From: Nanobdellota archaeon
Lineage (GTDB): Archaea; Nanobdellota; Nanobdellia; Nanobdellales; Nanobdellaceae
Assembly (NCBI GenBank): GCA_042850255.1
Contig: AP031373.1
Location: forward strand, 570,001-602,000
Direction: 5' to 3'
DNA: 32,000 nt
Part shown: positions 14,678 through 24,835 of the stretch, one piece after another
Layout of the letters: each line of letters begins with the position of its first letter
How positions within the stretch are numbered: the stretch's first letter is position 1
Translations under genes and position numbers: made by a program
Notes under the pieces: model-generated
Seen by the model: the letters and a program-made list of their open reading frames with translations, nothing else
Told to the model about the DNA's origin: nothing
The model's database searches: none

Positions 14678-17272
14678 TTAATGTATATCTTTATTTAAAA
14701 ATATTTTATATATAAATCTTCCAGAATATTTGTCTAAATATTCATTGTAATTTCCGCATTTAGGAGAATATACACATCTAGGACATCCGTCTAAGCATTT
14801 ACAAGAATATAAGGATTTTATTGATTTCTTAACCAATTTTTCTATATTATTAAATAATATTTCTGCTAATCCTACTCCAGATTCATATCCTTCATATATA
14901 AATATAGTTGGTTTATTTGTTTGAGGATGTATAGGATAAGAATATCCACCAAGTTCTTGTGAATCTACAAAAGTTACTATTGGAGATATTTTTATTATAT
15001 TATGTTCTATTGCATGTAATCCAGATTTAAATGAAGATTGATAATCCACTATTTTCTTAACTAAAAAATTTAATATTTTATCTTTTATTCCATAATTTTT
15101 TTCTAAATATTCTTCAATTATCTCTTTAATTTTTTTAGATGCTAATCCTCTATATTTTTCATAGAAATAATCTTTATTTATTGTAGATGCAAAATTATAT
15201 ATTTCTCCAACATCGATTTTATAATTTTTATCTTTTATATACCTTTCTAATCTTTCTTTAAAGAAATTAAAATATAAATCTTCTGATTTTTTATATTTTT
15301 CAGGTATTATCATCCATATAGCTTTTGTATTAAATTCGTGTACAATACTTTTTTCATAATAATTTATATTTTGCATATAATCTTCTCCAGTCTTATATTT
15401 TTCTATATATCCTATATATTCTTTTCTAACTTTTATTTCTCCTAAATATATCTCCCAATCATTTAAATTTTTCTTATCAATTGTATTTATTATTTTTACA
15501 TCTTCAAAATATATCGGTTGAGTTTCTATATAAGGTACTTCGGGCCTGAAGAAAATAAATGTAATATTATCTATATTATAATAATCTGTTACTCTTATTG
15601 TCTTTCCTGCAGAATAATATACCATACCTGGTAATAAATATTCATAGAATGCGTATTCATCTATTTCTTCTAATATTTTTCCTTGACCCTTTAACATATT
15701 TACAACCCTTATTAAACTTTCTTTTTTCCTTATTCTTCTTATCATTTCTTCTTCATCTTTATTTAAGTCTACAATATAAAATATTTTATCAGATATATTT
15801 CTTAATCCAGAATATATTATTTGATTATTTAATTTATAATATTCTTTTCCAAACAATGGATCTTTTATTTTTTTAACTATTTGATTATCTTCTAGATCTT
15901 TTAGATATTTTTTCTCAATATCATTTAAAATACTTTCATCTATTCTTCCAAATTCATTTATTAAATATTGTAAATGCTTTTTAACTACTTTTTCATTATC
16001 TAAATTTAATGGTATATTATCTAATTTATTTTTTTCTATTCTATCAAAGAATTCTTTTATATTTGTAGAATAATAAAAATCTAGAGCATCTTTTTTAAAT
16101 ACCATTATATTTAATCCATCAGATATTCTACCAGATCTTCCAAATCTTTGTATTATAGATGATATACCATCTCTTGGGATCCCATAATTTACTACAGATT
16201 TTATTTCTCCAATATCTATTCCTAATTCTAATGCAGATGTGGTTAATAAAATTAAATATTCATTATTTTTAAACTTTTGTTCAATTTCTCTTCTTTTTTC
16301 CCTTAAATAACTAGCCTTATATGTATATATTTTATTTTCTTTATCCAACTCATTTATATCAAACTTCAATAATTCTACTCCTTTTTTTGATTCTATAAAA
16401 ACTAAAGATTTTATATTATTTTCTAATAAAATCCTTATAGTTCTCCTTAATATTAGTCTAGAACTTAAATTTTTTGGATCGATTGCAATAATAAATCTTT
16501 TATATCTTTTACTATAATCTTTATCAATTAATTCAAAATCTAAATCAAACATTTTTTTAGCAAATTCTTTTGGATTTCTTAATGTTGCAGATAATGTTAA
16601 TATTTTGAAATTATTATTTTTATAGAAATATTTTAATAATCTGACTAATCTTCTAAAAGTATATGCAGAATTTGTTCCAAATACTCCTCTATAAGAATGT
16701 AACTCATCTACAACCATCAAATCTAAATTTTTAAAGAAATAAAATAATTTATCATGATTTTTTAATAAATATAAATGCAGGTTATCTATTGTAGTTAATA
16801 TCAGATTTGGTCTTTCTCTTATTATTTTTTCTTTTTCAGAATATGTTAGATCTCCCAATATAAATTTCATTTTTAAATTCAATTTTTTATTTGTAAAGTT
16901 TTCAAAATCTTTTATTAATTCTTCAAATTTTTCATATTGATCATATAATAATGCTCTTAATGGATATATTAATAAAAAAGTTTTATTTGGATATGATAAT
17001 ATATTATCAATAATATATAATCTAAATATATGTGATTTACCGGATGCTGTTGGTGTTGTAACAATTACATTTTTATTATTATATAATAATTTTAATGATT
17101 CAACCTGATGTTTGTATAATCTAAAATTTATATAATTTAAATATTCATTTATTTCTTTATTTTTAAATTCAAAATTATCAAATTCAGGTTCTTTATTTTC
17201 TAACAATTTTATACCAACAATATGATCATTAAATTCTTTTTCAAATATTTCTTTAATATTATCAATATTCAT
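14678..17272 (-). CDS. DExH-box helicase with C-terminal DUF1998-type zinc module (MrfA/YprA/Hrq1-like)
   Basis: Motif I 'TPTASGKSH', motif II 'VVDELHSY', motif VI 'QRFGRSGR'. C-terminal four-Cys 'CKCLDGCPRCVYSPKCGNYNEYLDK'. Confidence 0.85.
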   Translation of the reverse strand: MNIDNIKEIFEKEFNDHIVGIKLLENKEPEFDNFEFKNKEINEYLNYINFRLYKHQVESLKLLYNNKNVIVTTPTASGKSHIFRLYIIDNILSYPNKTFLLIYPLRALLYDQYEKFEELIKDFENFTNKKLNLKMKFILGDLTYSEKEKIIRERPNLILTTIDNLHLYLLKNHDKLFYFFKNLDLMVVDELHSYRGVFGTNSAYTFRRLVRLLKYFYKNNNFKILTLSATLRNPKEFAKKMFDLDFELIDKDYSKRYKRFIIAIDPKNLSSRLILRRTIRILLENNIKSLVFIESKKGVELLKFDINELDKENKIYTYKASYLREKRREIEQKFKNNEYLILLTTSALELGIDIGEIKSVVNYGIPRDGISSIIQRFGRSGRISDGLNIMVFKKDALDFYYSTNIKEFFDRIEKNKLDNIPLNLDNEKVVKKHLQYLINEFGRIDESILNDIEKKYLKDLEDNQIVKKIKDPLFGKEYYKLNNQIIYSGLRNISDKIFYIVDLNKDEEEMIRRIRKKESLIRVVNMLKGQGKILEEIDEYAFYEYLLPGMVYYSAGKTIRVTDYYNIDNITFIFFRPEVPYIETQPIYFEDVKIINTIDKKNLNDWEIYLGEIKVRKEYIGYIEKYKTGEDYMQNINYYEKSIVHEFNTKAIWMIIPEKYKKSEDLYFNFFKERLERYIKDKNYKIDVGEIYNFASTINKDYFYEKYRGLASKKIKEIIEEYLEKNYGIKDKILNFLVKKIVDYQSSFKSGLHAIEHNIIKISPIVTFVDSQELGGYSYPIHPQTNKPTIFIYEGYESGVGLAEILFNNIEKLVKKSIKSLYSCKCLDGCPRCVYSPKCGNYNEYLDKYSGRFIYKIFLNKDIH

Positions 17273-17281
17273 ATCTTTTAT

Positions 17282-18697
17282 TTAGTGACTTATATTTATT
17301 TGTCTTTCATTTATTTTATAATTTGCTATAAATATTGAAAATATTCCTGAAATTATCATAAATATTATTCCAAATAATGATATATAATTAAATGCAGTAG
17401 AAGATGGTAAAAATCCTAATACTAAATATTCATTATTTATATTATAAACTAAAGGTACCTGGTATATCTGCATTAATGTTGTAGATAATACAGGTCCAAT
17501 TGCACTTCCCAATGTCCTTAATAATGTATTCAATCCTAATCCTGTAGTTCTATATTCATCAGGCAAAGATATAGAAACCATATTTACTAATGGGATCATT
17601 AAAGAAACCATTCCTATAGCCATAACAAATCCATCTAATAATAAATCAAAAGTTGTAGATCTATTAATTATTAGTAATATGAAAGAAATTACAGATAAAA
17701 ATATACCCAAAAATATTATTGGTTTTGGTCCTCTTTTTGGTAATAACTTTCCAAATAAAGGTCCAAAAATTAGCATTCCTAAAGATATTGGAGATATTAA
17801 AGTTCCTGATTGAACAATTGTTAATCCTAATCCATATGGTTTTGGTAATTGTGTATAATATGTAAAAAATATAAATAAAGAAAATAATGATATTCCTGAA
17901 AATACTCCTATAATATTTGATACTAAAAAGTTTCTTATTTTTAATAAATCAAATCTTAATAATGGTTCTTTTAATCTTTTTTCTATTAATATAAATATCA
18001 TAAATGTAATAATACTAAATATTAAATAATATATTTCACTAAACCATCCATATTCTGATCCTAAAGTTAAATAAATTAATAATAATGATACAGAAATTGC
18101 TAAAAATGTTGAACCAAAATAATCTACAGATTCTTTTAATCTTTTTCCTGTATGTGGTAAATAAATATATGATAATATAAATAATATTGCAGATAATATT
18201 GCTGCAGTATGAAATGCAGCTGGCCAACCTAAATATTGAACAATATATGATCCAATTAATAATCCTAAGGCAGGACCAATTCCTAATGTTGCACTTAAGA
18301 TTCCTTGTGCATATGCTAATTTTTCTTTAGAATATAAATCTGTAATAATTGATATTGCGATAGGAAATACAGCAAATCCTAAACCTTGTATAGCTCTGGC
18401 AAATATTAAAAAATATATATTCGGAGAAAAACCAGCTAATGATACTGCAATAATATAAAATAATATTGCCAATAAATATGTTCTTCTTTTTCCATGAATA
18501 TCTGCAACTTTTCCCATAATTGGAGAAGCTGCAGCACCGACTATCATATATGCAGTTGTAACCCAGCTTACTATATTTTCAGATACTCCAAAATATTGTT
18601 GTATATCATATAAAGCAGGAACAACCATTGTTTCAACATAATTTACTATAAGTAACATGGAAGCTAATAGTAACAATATTTTGGTATTATAATCCAT
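17282..18697 (-). CDS. MFS transporter (DHA2/EmrB-like, about 14 TM)
   Basis: 471 aa and polytopic. MFS motif A-like 'GKVADIHGKRRTYLLA'. Confidence 0.8.
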   Translation of the reverse strand: MDYNTKILLLLASMLLIVNYVETMVVPALYDIQQYFGVSENIVSWVTTAYMIVGAAASPIMGKVADIHGKRRTYLLAILFYIIAVSLAGFSPNIYFLIFARAIQGLGFAVFPIAISIITDLYSKEKLAYAQGILSATLGIGPALGLLIGSYIVQYLGWPAAFHTAAILSAILFILSYIYLPHTGKRLKESVDYFGSTFLAISVSLLLIYLTLGSEYGWFSEIYYLIFSIITFMIFILIEKRLKEPLLRFDLLKIRNFLVSNIIGVFSGISLFSLFIFFTYYTQLPKPYGLGLTIVQSGTLISPISLGMLIFGPLFGKLLPKRGPKPIIFLGIFLSVISFILLIINRSTTFDLLLDGFVMAIGMVSLMIPLVNMVSISLPDEYRTTGLGLNTLLRTLGSAIGPVLSTTLMQIYQVPLVYNINNEYLVLGFLPSSTAFNYISLFGIIFMIISGIFSIFIANYKINERQINISH

Positions 18698-18761
18698 TTT
18701 TTAGATTTATATTAAAAGTTTAAATGAATAATGTAACTACTAATATTATTCGAAAGGTATT

Positions 18762-18769
18762 TTTATAAA
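18762..18769 (+). promoter_or_regulatory. TATA box TTTATAAA of the 18792 surface-protein gene
   Basis: Lies at -30..-23 from the ATG at 18792. Confidence 0.45.
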
Positions 18770-18791
18770 AATAATTTAAAAGTAAGAAATA

Positions 18792-20315
18792 ATGGATAAA
18801 AAATTACTATTATTTCTATTATTATTTCTTCTATTTCCAATACATTCACAAATGAACCTAATTATTTATCCTCAGGTAAATCAAATAATTGAAGGAGGAC
18901 AAAATTTTGTACCAATAACATTTACAATAATAAATGCAGGTCCAACACTATTTAATGTCACATTTTATCCAATAAATGAATTTCCATTTTATCAGGCAAA
19001 TTATTATAATAATACACAAAATATAACAATAGAACAAATAAATCAAGGACAAAATATTACAATAACACTTTTCTATTATATTTCTCCAAATATAAATCCT
19101 GGTATATATGAAATACAGGTTGGAGCATATGAATATTATTATGGATTACAAAATTCTGAAATATTAAATACATCAATACCAATATTAGGTTATACAAATT
19201 TTTCTATTAACTCATTTTTTGGAACTCAAAATAATATAATTTTACCTTATAATAATCAAAAAGATGTGCCATTAACATTTGTTATAATAAATGATGGAAA
19301 TACAATACTAAATAATGTAACAGTATATTTCAATAATAACTCTAATATAGAATTTTTAGAAAATCAATATTATATAGGAATATTACCAATAGGACAGCCT
19401 TATTTTTTAACTACATATGTAAATATTAATAATTTATCTACAGGTATAAATTATGTAACATTAAATATTTCATATTTTGATGGAGATTATCAAACAATAA
19501 ATGTTCCAATTAATTTTGGATATACTAATATAGGAATAAATACTTATACTAATCCTGTAACAATATATCCGGGTAATCCTGTTCTATTAGATTCTATAAT
19601 ATTTAATTATGGTAATCAACCTGCAGGTAATTTTTATATAAATATATATTCTCCATTTGAATTATTAACATCAAATTATTATAATTTGGGAATATTGTAT
19701 CCAGGGTCTATATATAATATTTCATCATTAATATATATTCCAAGTAATACTTCTCCAGGTTATTATCCAATAATTTATGAATTAAATTATAATAACCAAC
19801 AATATAATTATACATATTATATACATGTATTGGGAGAAGCAAACATTTCAATAACAAATGTATATTATAATAATTTATATCCAGGATCTTCAGAAGTACC
19901 CATTACTGTTAATATAAAGAATATAGGAAATGTTGAAGCAAAGAATTTAATTGCAATAATTGGATCTAATAATGTAATATATCCATATGTAAGTTCTTCA
20001 AATCCATTAAGAGCATTAACAGCTTCAGAAATAAATGTAGGAAATTTATATCCAAATCAAAGTATAAATATAACATTTATAATAAAAGTATCATCTGGAG
20101 CTAATTATGGAAATTATTCTTTACCAATAATATTTGTATGGAATCAATCAGAATCTTTATATCCATTTTCTCAAGAAGAAAATATAAATATACAAGTAAT
20201 TGAACCTTTCTATTATAATCCAGAATTTTATATTAAAATAATAATCCCAATAATAATAGTAATAATTATTGGACTTATGTTATATAAATTTAGAAAAAGA
20301 AAGAATAAAAAATGA
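18792..20315 (+). CDS. Secreted, C-terminally membrane-anchored multi-domain surface protein (COG1361/CARDB-like beta-sandwich repeats)
   Basis: Signal peptide 'MDKKLLLFLLLFLLFPIHSQ'. About four ~100-aa units with the recurring pattern 'V(P/L)ITFxIxNxGxxxxxNVxV...PGxYxI'. C-terminal TM 'IIIPIIIVIIIGLMLY' plus 'KFRKRKNKK'. Dense in N-x-S/T sequons. Confidence 0.6.
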   Translation: MDKKLLLFLLLFLLFPIHSQMNLIIYPQVNQIIEGGQNFVPITFTIINAGPTLFNVTFYPINEFPFYQANYYNNTQNITIEQINQGQNITITLFYYISPNINPGIYEIQVGAYEYYYGLQNSEILNTSIPILGYTNFSINSFFGTQNNIILPYNNQKDVPLTFVIINDGNTILNNVTVYFNNNSNIEFLENQYYIGILPIGQPYFLTTYVNINNLSTGINYVTLNISYFDGDYQTINVPINFGYTNIGINTYTNPVTIYPGNPVLLDSIIFNYGNQPAGNFYINIYSPFELLTSNYYNLGILYPGSIYNISSLIYIPSNTSPGYYPIIYELNYNNQQYNYTYYIHVLGEANISITNVYYNNLYPGSSEVPITVNIKNIGNVEAKNLIAIIGSNNVIYPYVSSSNPLRALTASEINVGNLYPNQSINITFIIKVSSGANYGNYSLPIIFVWNQSESLYPFSQEENINIQVIEPFYYNPEFYIKIIIPIIIVIIIGLMLYKFRKRKNKK

Positions 20316-21979
20316 AATATTTTTCCGAATTAGCAGAAGTAATGGAAAAAGTTGAAAAAATCAATGAAAAAAGTTTGAAAGTTGATGTTTTATCAAGATT
20401 TATAAGAAGTTTAGATAAAAATGAATTAAAAATAACTATCTGGTTAATTTTGGGAAATACTGAAGAAGAATGGATTGAAAGAAAATTAAATGTATCTGTT
20501 GGGACTATAGTAAGGGTATTAAAAGATTTGGGAGTAAATATGAAAGAATTATCATTATTATATAAAAATACCGGAGATTTGGGAGAAGCTGTAAAAGTTA
20601 TATATCAAAATAAACAAATTAATATAAATAAATGGTTTAGTAAAAAATATACTATAATAGAAATATATAATGAATTAAAGAAATTAGAAAGATTAGAAGG
20701 GGAAGGATCTAGGGAAAAAAGAATATTATATCTAGAAGGTATATATAAAAATTTAGATCCTTTGGAAGCAAAATTATTGACGAGAATATTGCAAGGAGAT
20801 ATGAGATACGGAGTATTAGAAGGAACAATTGAAGATGTTTTATCTTACATTTATAGTATTCCAGATGATAAAATAAAGATTGCTCATGCAATAATTGGAG
20901 ATATTGGAGTTTTAGCAGAATATTTATATGATAATAAAAATGTAGATAATATAAATATTAGATTATTTCATCCATTTAAACCAATGCTTGCAGAAAAGGC
21001 GAATAATTTTAGAGAAGTTTTTGAAGAACACAATGGTATCTCTGCATTTGAATTTAAATTTGATGGAATAAGGGCACAGATACATAAAAAGGGAAATGAA
21101 GTAAAAATATTTACTAGAAGATTAAAGGAAGTAACAGATTCATTTCCAGATATTGTAAAATTAATATTAGATAATATAAAAAATAATGAAGTTGTAATTG
21201 AGGGAGAAATTGTTGGTTGGGATTATAATAAAAATTTACCATTACCATTTCAAGAAATTGTAAAAAGAATAAAAAGAGAGTATGAAATTGAAAAATATAT
21301 AAAAGAAATACCTGCAAGATTATTTTTATTTGATATAATATATTTAGATGGACAATTATTAATAAATAAACCATATCAGGAAAGAAGAAAGATATTGGAA
21401 AGTATAAAAGGTAATATTGATTTAACTCCAATGATAATAACTAAAAGTGAAGAAGAGGCAAAGAAATTTTTTGAAGAATCTGTAAATATGAAAAATGAAG
21501 GATTGGTTGCAAAAAAATTAGATTCTATATATATTCCTGGAAAAAGGGATAAATCTTGGTTAAAAATTAAAGGTCATTTAGAACCATTGGATTTAGTAAT
21601 AATTGGAGGAGAATGGGGTCATAGTAGGAGAAAAAATTTTATTTCAGATCTATATTTAGCAGCAAGAGATGAAGGAACTGGAAGATTTTTAATGGTTACA
21701 AAAACATTTAAAGGATTATCAGATAAAGAATATGAACAATTGACGAAAGAATTATTAAAATATAAAATAAAAGAAGAAGGAAGAATTGTATGGTTCCAAC
21801 CTAAAATAGTTGTAGAAGTAATATATGATGAGATACAGAAAAGTCCAAAATATGAATCTGGATATGCACTAAGATTTGCAAGAGTAAATAGAATAAGATG
21901 GGATAAAAGCGAAAAGGATGCAGATACAATACAAAGGATAAAGGAATTATATGAAAAACAAAAGAAAGAAGAAATATGA
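20312..21979 (+). CDS. lig: ATP-dependent DNA ligase
   Basis: Adenylation motif I 'FEFKFDGIRAQIH', 'VIEGEIV', 'EGLVAKKLDSIYIPGKRDKSWLKIK', plus an OB-domain tail. 555 aa. Confidence 0.9.
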   Translation: MKYFSELAEVMEKVEKINEKSLKVDVLSRFIRSLDKNELKITIWLILGNTEEEWIERKLNVSVGTIVRVLKDLGVNMKELSLLYKNTGDLGEAVKVIYQNKQININKWFSKKYTIIEIYNELKKLERLEGEGSREKRILYLEGIYKNLDPLEAKLLTRILQGDMRYGVLEGTIEDVLSYIYSIPDDKIKIAHAIIGDIGVLAEYLYDNKNVDNINIRLFHPFKPMLAEKANNFREVFEEHNGISAFEFKFDGIRAQIHKKGNEVKIFTRRLKEVTDSFPDIVKLILDNIKNNEVVIEGEIVGWDYNKNLPLPFQEIVKRIKREYEIEKYIKEIPARLFLFDIIYLDGQLLINKPYQERRKILESIKGNIDLTPMIITKSEEEAKKFFEESVNMKNEGLVAKKLDSIYIPGKRDKSWLKIKGHLEPLDLVIIGGEWGHSRRKNFISDLYLAARDEGTGRFLMVTKTFKGLSDKEYEQLTKELLKYKIKEEGRIVWFQPKIVVEVIYDEIQKSPKYESGYALRFARVNRIRWDKSEKDADTIQRIKELYEKQKKEEI

Positions 21980-23106
21980 ATAAAAATATAAATATTTTAA
22001 TAATATTTAGAATATTTAGAAGTTCAATTGCAGGATATATTACAGTATTTTTACCATTATTTTTATATAATGTATTAAAATTATCTTTAATTGATATAGG
22101 AATATTATTTGCATTGGGATCTTTATTTCAATCAATTTTATCATTTTTTATAGGATATTTAGGAGATAAATATAATAAGAAAAAATTATTATTTTATATT
22201 TCATTATTATTCCCTTTATCTTTAGTTATTCTTTATTTTTCTTCAAATATATATTTATTGATTATTTCATTTATTTTAGGTGGATTTGGGACTGTTGGTG
22301 CATTGGCTGGAGGCGGTGTTGGAGCAGTTGTTACTCCTATAATGAATTCTTTAATAACTGGATATGTAAATGAAAATAGAGAAAAGATTTATTCATATTT
22401 TATAATTATTTCAGGTTTGTCAGGTTCTTTAGGTGCATTATTGTTGTTCTTTTATTATAAATTTGTTTTAATATTTGGAATAATTATTTTATTATTTTCT
22501 TCTTTACTATTATTAAAATTAGATGAACCAAAAGAGATTATAATAAATAATAAAGAAGAAAGAAAAGTTGAAGGTTTAATAATATTATCTGGATTTTTAA
22601 ATGGAGCTTCTGCAGGAATAATTTATAATTTCTTACCAATAATATTTAACCATTATTTAGATTTTTCAAAAGATCAAATTAGTTTAATATATACTATTAC
22701 AGGTTTAATATCTGTTATATCACTATATTTTATTGAAAAATATATTAATTGGAATATATTTAAGAAAATTGTTTCATTTAGAATTATTTCATCAATATTT
22801 TTAATAATATTTTTAATTTCTACAATTTTTGTTTTATCAATTATTTCAATATTATCATTCATAATTTATACAACATTTAGGGTTGCATCAATTCCTTCTC
22901 AACAAGAAGTTATATCAGAAAATATTGGAAAAAGATTATCTGAAACATTTGGAGCAAATCAAAGTACAAGAATTTTAGGATCATTTATATTTCAATCTTT
23001 AGGAGGATATTTATTATCTTTATCAATTATTGCACCATTTTTAATATCTTCGATATTTTTATCAACAAGCGCATTCATTTATTATAAAATTAGAAGAATG
23101 AATTAA
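21976..23106 (+). CDS. MFS-type transporter
   Basis: 376 aa with about 10-12 TM helices. Motif-A-like 'GYLGDKYNKKKLLF'. Confidence 0.6.
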   Translation: MNKNINILIIFRIFRSSIAGYITVFLPLFLYNVLKLSLIDIGILFALGSLFQSILSFFIGYLGDKYNKKKLLFYISLLFPLSLVILYFSSNIYLLIISFILGGFGTVGALAGGGVGAVVTPIMNSLITGYVNENREKIYSYFIIISGLSGSLGALLLFFYYKFVLIFGIIILLFSSLLLLKLDEPKEIIINNKEERKVEGLIILSGFLNGASAGIIYNFLPIIFNHYLDFSKDQISLIYTITGLISVISLYFIEKYINWNIFKKIVSFRIISSIFLIIFLISTIFVLSIISILSFIIYTTFRVASIPSQQEVISENIGKRLSETFGANQSTRILGSFIFQSLGGYLLSLSIIAPFLISSIFLSTSAFIYYKIRRMN

Positions 23107-24689
23107 CTTATATAAATTGAAGGCATTACTCCATTTGGTGGATATGCTCTTGCAACTACCCATTCTACATATTGATAAGAAATACTTCCGCCAGTACCTG
23201 CTCCTATTTCTAATGTAGGATATTGAAATGGACTATAATTTAAATTAGCATATGTATAATTATTATAATTTACTGAATACGTATCTAATAATGTTAAAGG
23301 CACCCAAACCTGATTTGAACTATATTGATACCAACCTGTTTGTGCATAAGTATTATTAACTATAAGATATGTATAAAATGTACCTGCATATGTAGTAAAA
23401 GATGTCTGAGATAGTATATTATTGGTATATGCTGATTTTAAATATGTAGCTGGTCCTGATTCCGAATTACATGATCCAGGATAATATTCGAATTGGACAA
23501 ATGTAGAAGAACTTGATGCAGGTGTAGATCCACCACAAGTAGTAGGATTTACATTATATGCATCGATTTGATTATTCGTATTTCCAAATAAGGATATCGT
23601 ATTAGCATCTGCACCAGAACTTTCATACCAAGCTTCTTCTACAATTATTGGTATTTCTGGTATAGCTTCATTATTATATGGTAATATAAATGTTCCTTCC
23701 CACTCGCTATTATTTAACATTTCTATACCATTCGATGTTATAGTAGGAGTATAAGATGTATGGGCAGTAGAAGATTGATATACTATCCAACCATCAAAAG
23801 TATTATTAAAATACCCATAAGATATAAATACATATTGACCATTATCATAACCTTGAATAACTTGAGGGGATGCTCCTACATATGGATAAAATAGTTGATA
23901 ATAATTATTATTTCCGATACCCATATATACTGTTATATTGCTATTTGCTGGAATACCATTTGGAATATTTACCCACCATACATCGCAACTTACTCCACCA
24001 TCATTTAATTGGCCTTCAAACCAAGAATATGATAGTCTATTATTAAAATAAAATAATACATTATCTCCATTAGAATTTATTTCATTAAATAATGTTTGAT
24101 TATTTACATATGCAAAATTATTACCTAAATTTATTGTTCCATTACATATTGCAATATCTTGTTGGAATGGAGCAGAGGTATTTTGGTTTTGATTATTAGA
24201 TAGAATTATTGGAATAGGATTAGAAAAATATAAAACTGTATATCCTGATCCTAGATTTTTACTTTCACTTACTCCATTATAATTTATTGTTATTTGTGGA
24301 TTAATATTTATATTACTATTATATGCACATACTGTATTATTTACATAGCATATACTTTGTTGATTTGGTAATATTATATTATTATTACATATAATATTAT
24401 TTCCATTAATAGATATTACATTATTATTTTCATTTATAGTTATTATAGAATTATTTATATCTATTGGAATATTACCATTATTATAGATAATAAAATATAA
24501 TCTATTACTAGAACAATATGTATTTACAATACTAAATGATGCATATTGAGATTGTTTATTTATATTAGAATTTACAGAAGAAATTAATCCATTAAACATA
24601 CCTGTTAGAAATGCATATGTTAATCCAGAAATTGAAACTACAATAACTATTAATAATATAGTTGATATTATTGGAGATATAGATTTCAT
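23103..24689 (-). CDS. Pilin-signal-peptide surface protein, shorter paralogue of 2446-4731 (uninterrupted DUF2341-like module)
   Basis: 'MKS/ISPIISTILLIVIVVSISGLTYAFLTGMF'. Colinear with the paralogue over aa 1-150 (40/60 identical in the first 60 aa by hand count) and from 'PFQQDIAICNGT' to an almost identical end, 'YQYVEWVVARAYPPNGVMPSIYIS'. Confidence 0.7.
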   Translation of the reverse strand: MKSISPIISTILLIVIVVSISGLTYAFLTGMFNGLISSVNSNINKQSQYASFSIVNTYCSSNRLYFIIYNNGNIPIDINNSIITINENNNVISINGNNIICNNNIILPNQQSICYVNNTVCAYNSNININPQITINYNGVSESKNLGSGYTVLYFSNPIPIILSNNQNQNTSAPFQQDIAICNGTINLGNNFAYVNNQTLFNEINSNGDNVLFYFNNRLSYSWFEGQLNDGGVSCDVWWVNIPNGIPANSNITVYMGIGNNNYYQLFYPYVGASPQVIQGYDNGQYVFISYGYFNNTFDGWIVYQSSTAHTSYTPTITSNGIEMLNNSEWEGTFILPYNNEAIPEIPIIVEEAWYESSGADANTISLFGNTNNQIDAYNVNPTTCGGSTPASSSSTFVQFEYYPGSCNSESGPATYLKSAYTNNILSQTSFTTYAGTFYTYLIVNNTYAQTGWYQYSSNQVWVPLTLLDTYSVNYNNYTYANLNYSPFQYPTLEIGAGTGGSISYQYVEWVVARAYPPNGVMPSIYIS

Positions 24690-24835
24690 AATATTATTAA
24701 GATATTTAAGGATTTTAAGATTTATTATCTAAAGATTATAATCTGGTCAGAAATTATATATTACTGCTAAATTTTTGATATATTTAATTTGGATAATGTT
24801 ATAAATTATAAGGCAAATAATTAGTGCTTATAAAA

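Noticed and set aside
15598-15876. 92-aa plus-strand ORF
   Set aside because: It lies antisense within the DExH helicase gene and gives an L/F-rich artefact translation.
18039-18227. 62-aa minus-strand ORF
   Set aside because: It is out of frame inside the MFS transporter gene, which is the credible reading frame.
20709-21431. Two minus-strand ORFs (20709-20891, 21114-21431)
   Set aside because: Both lie antisense to the strongly supported DNA ligase gene and have low-complexity translations.
22674-22862. 62-aa minus-strand ORF
   Set aside because: It lies antisense inside the MFS-type transporter gene.
4732-23102. Invertible 18.4-kb segment bounded by the inverted pilin-like paralogues
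   Set aside because: The inverted arms are diverged (identical runs of only about 23-25 nt) and no recombinase or invertase gene is present. The segment carries ordinary housekeeping genes. Ongoing inversion is not supported, though ancient recombination is possible.
2446-24689. Diversity-generating retroelement (template/variable repeat) explanation for the paralogue differences
   Set aside because: The window holds no reverse transcriptase or accessory gene. The differences are spread over all base types and include indels, rather than adenine-specific substitutions in a short variable repeat.
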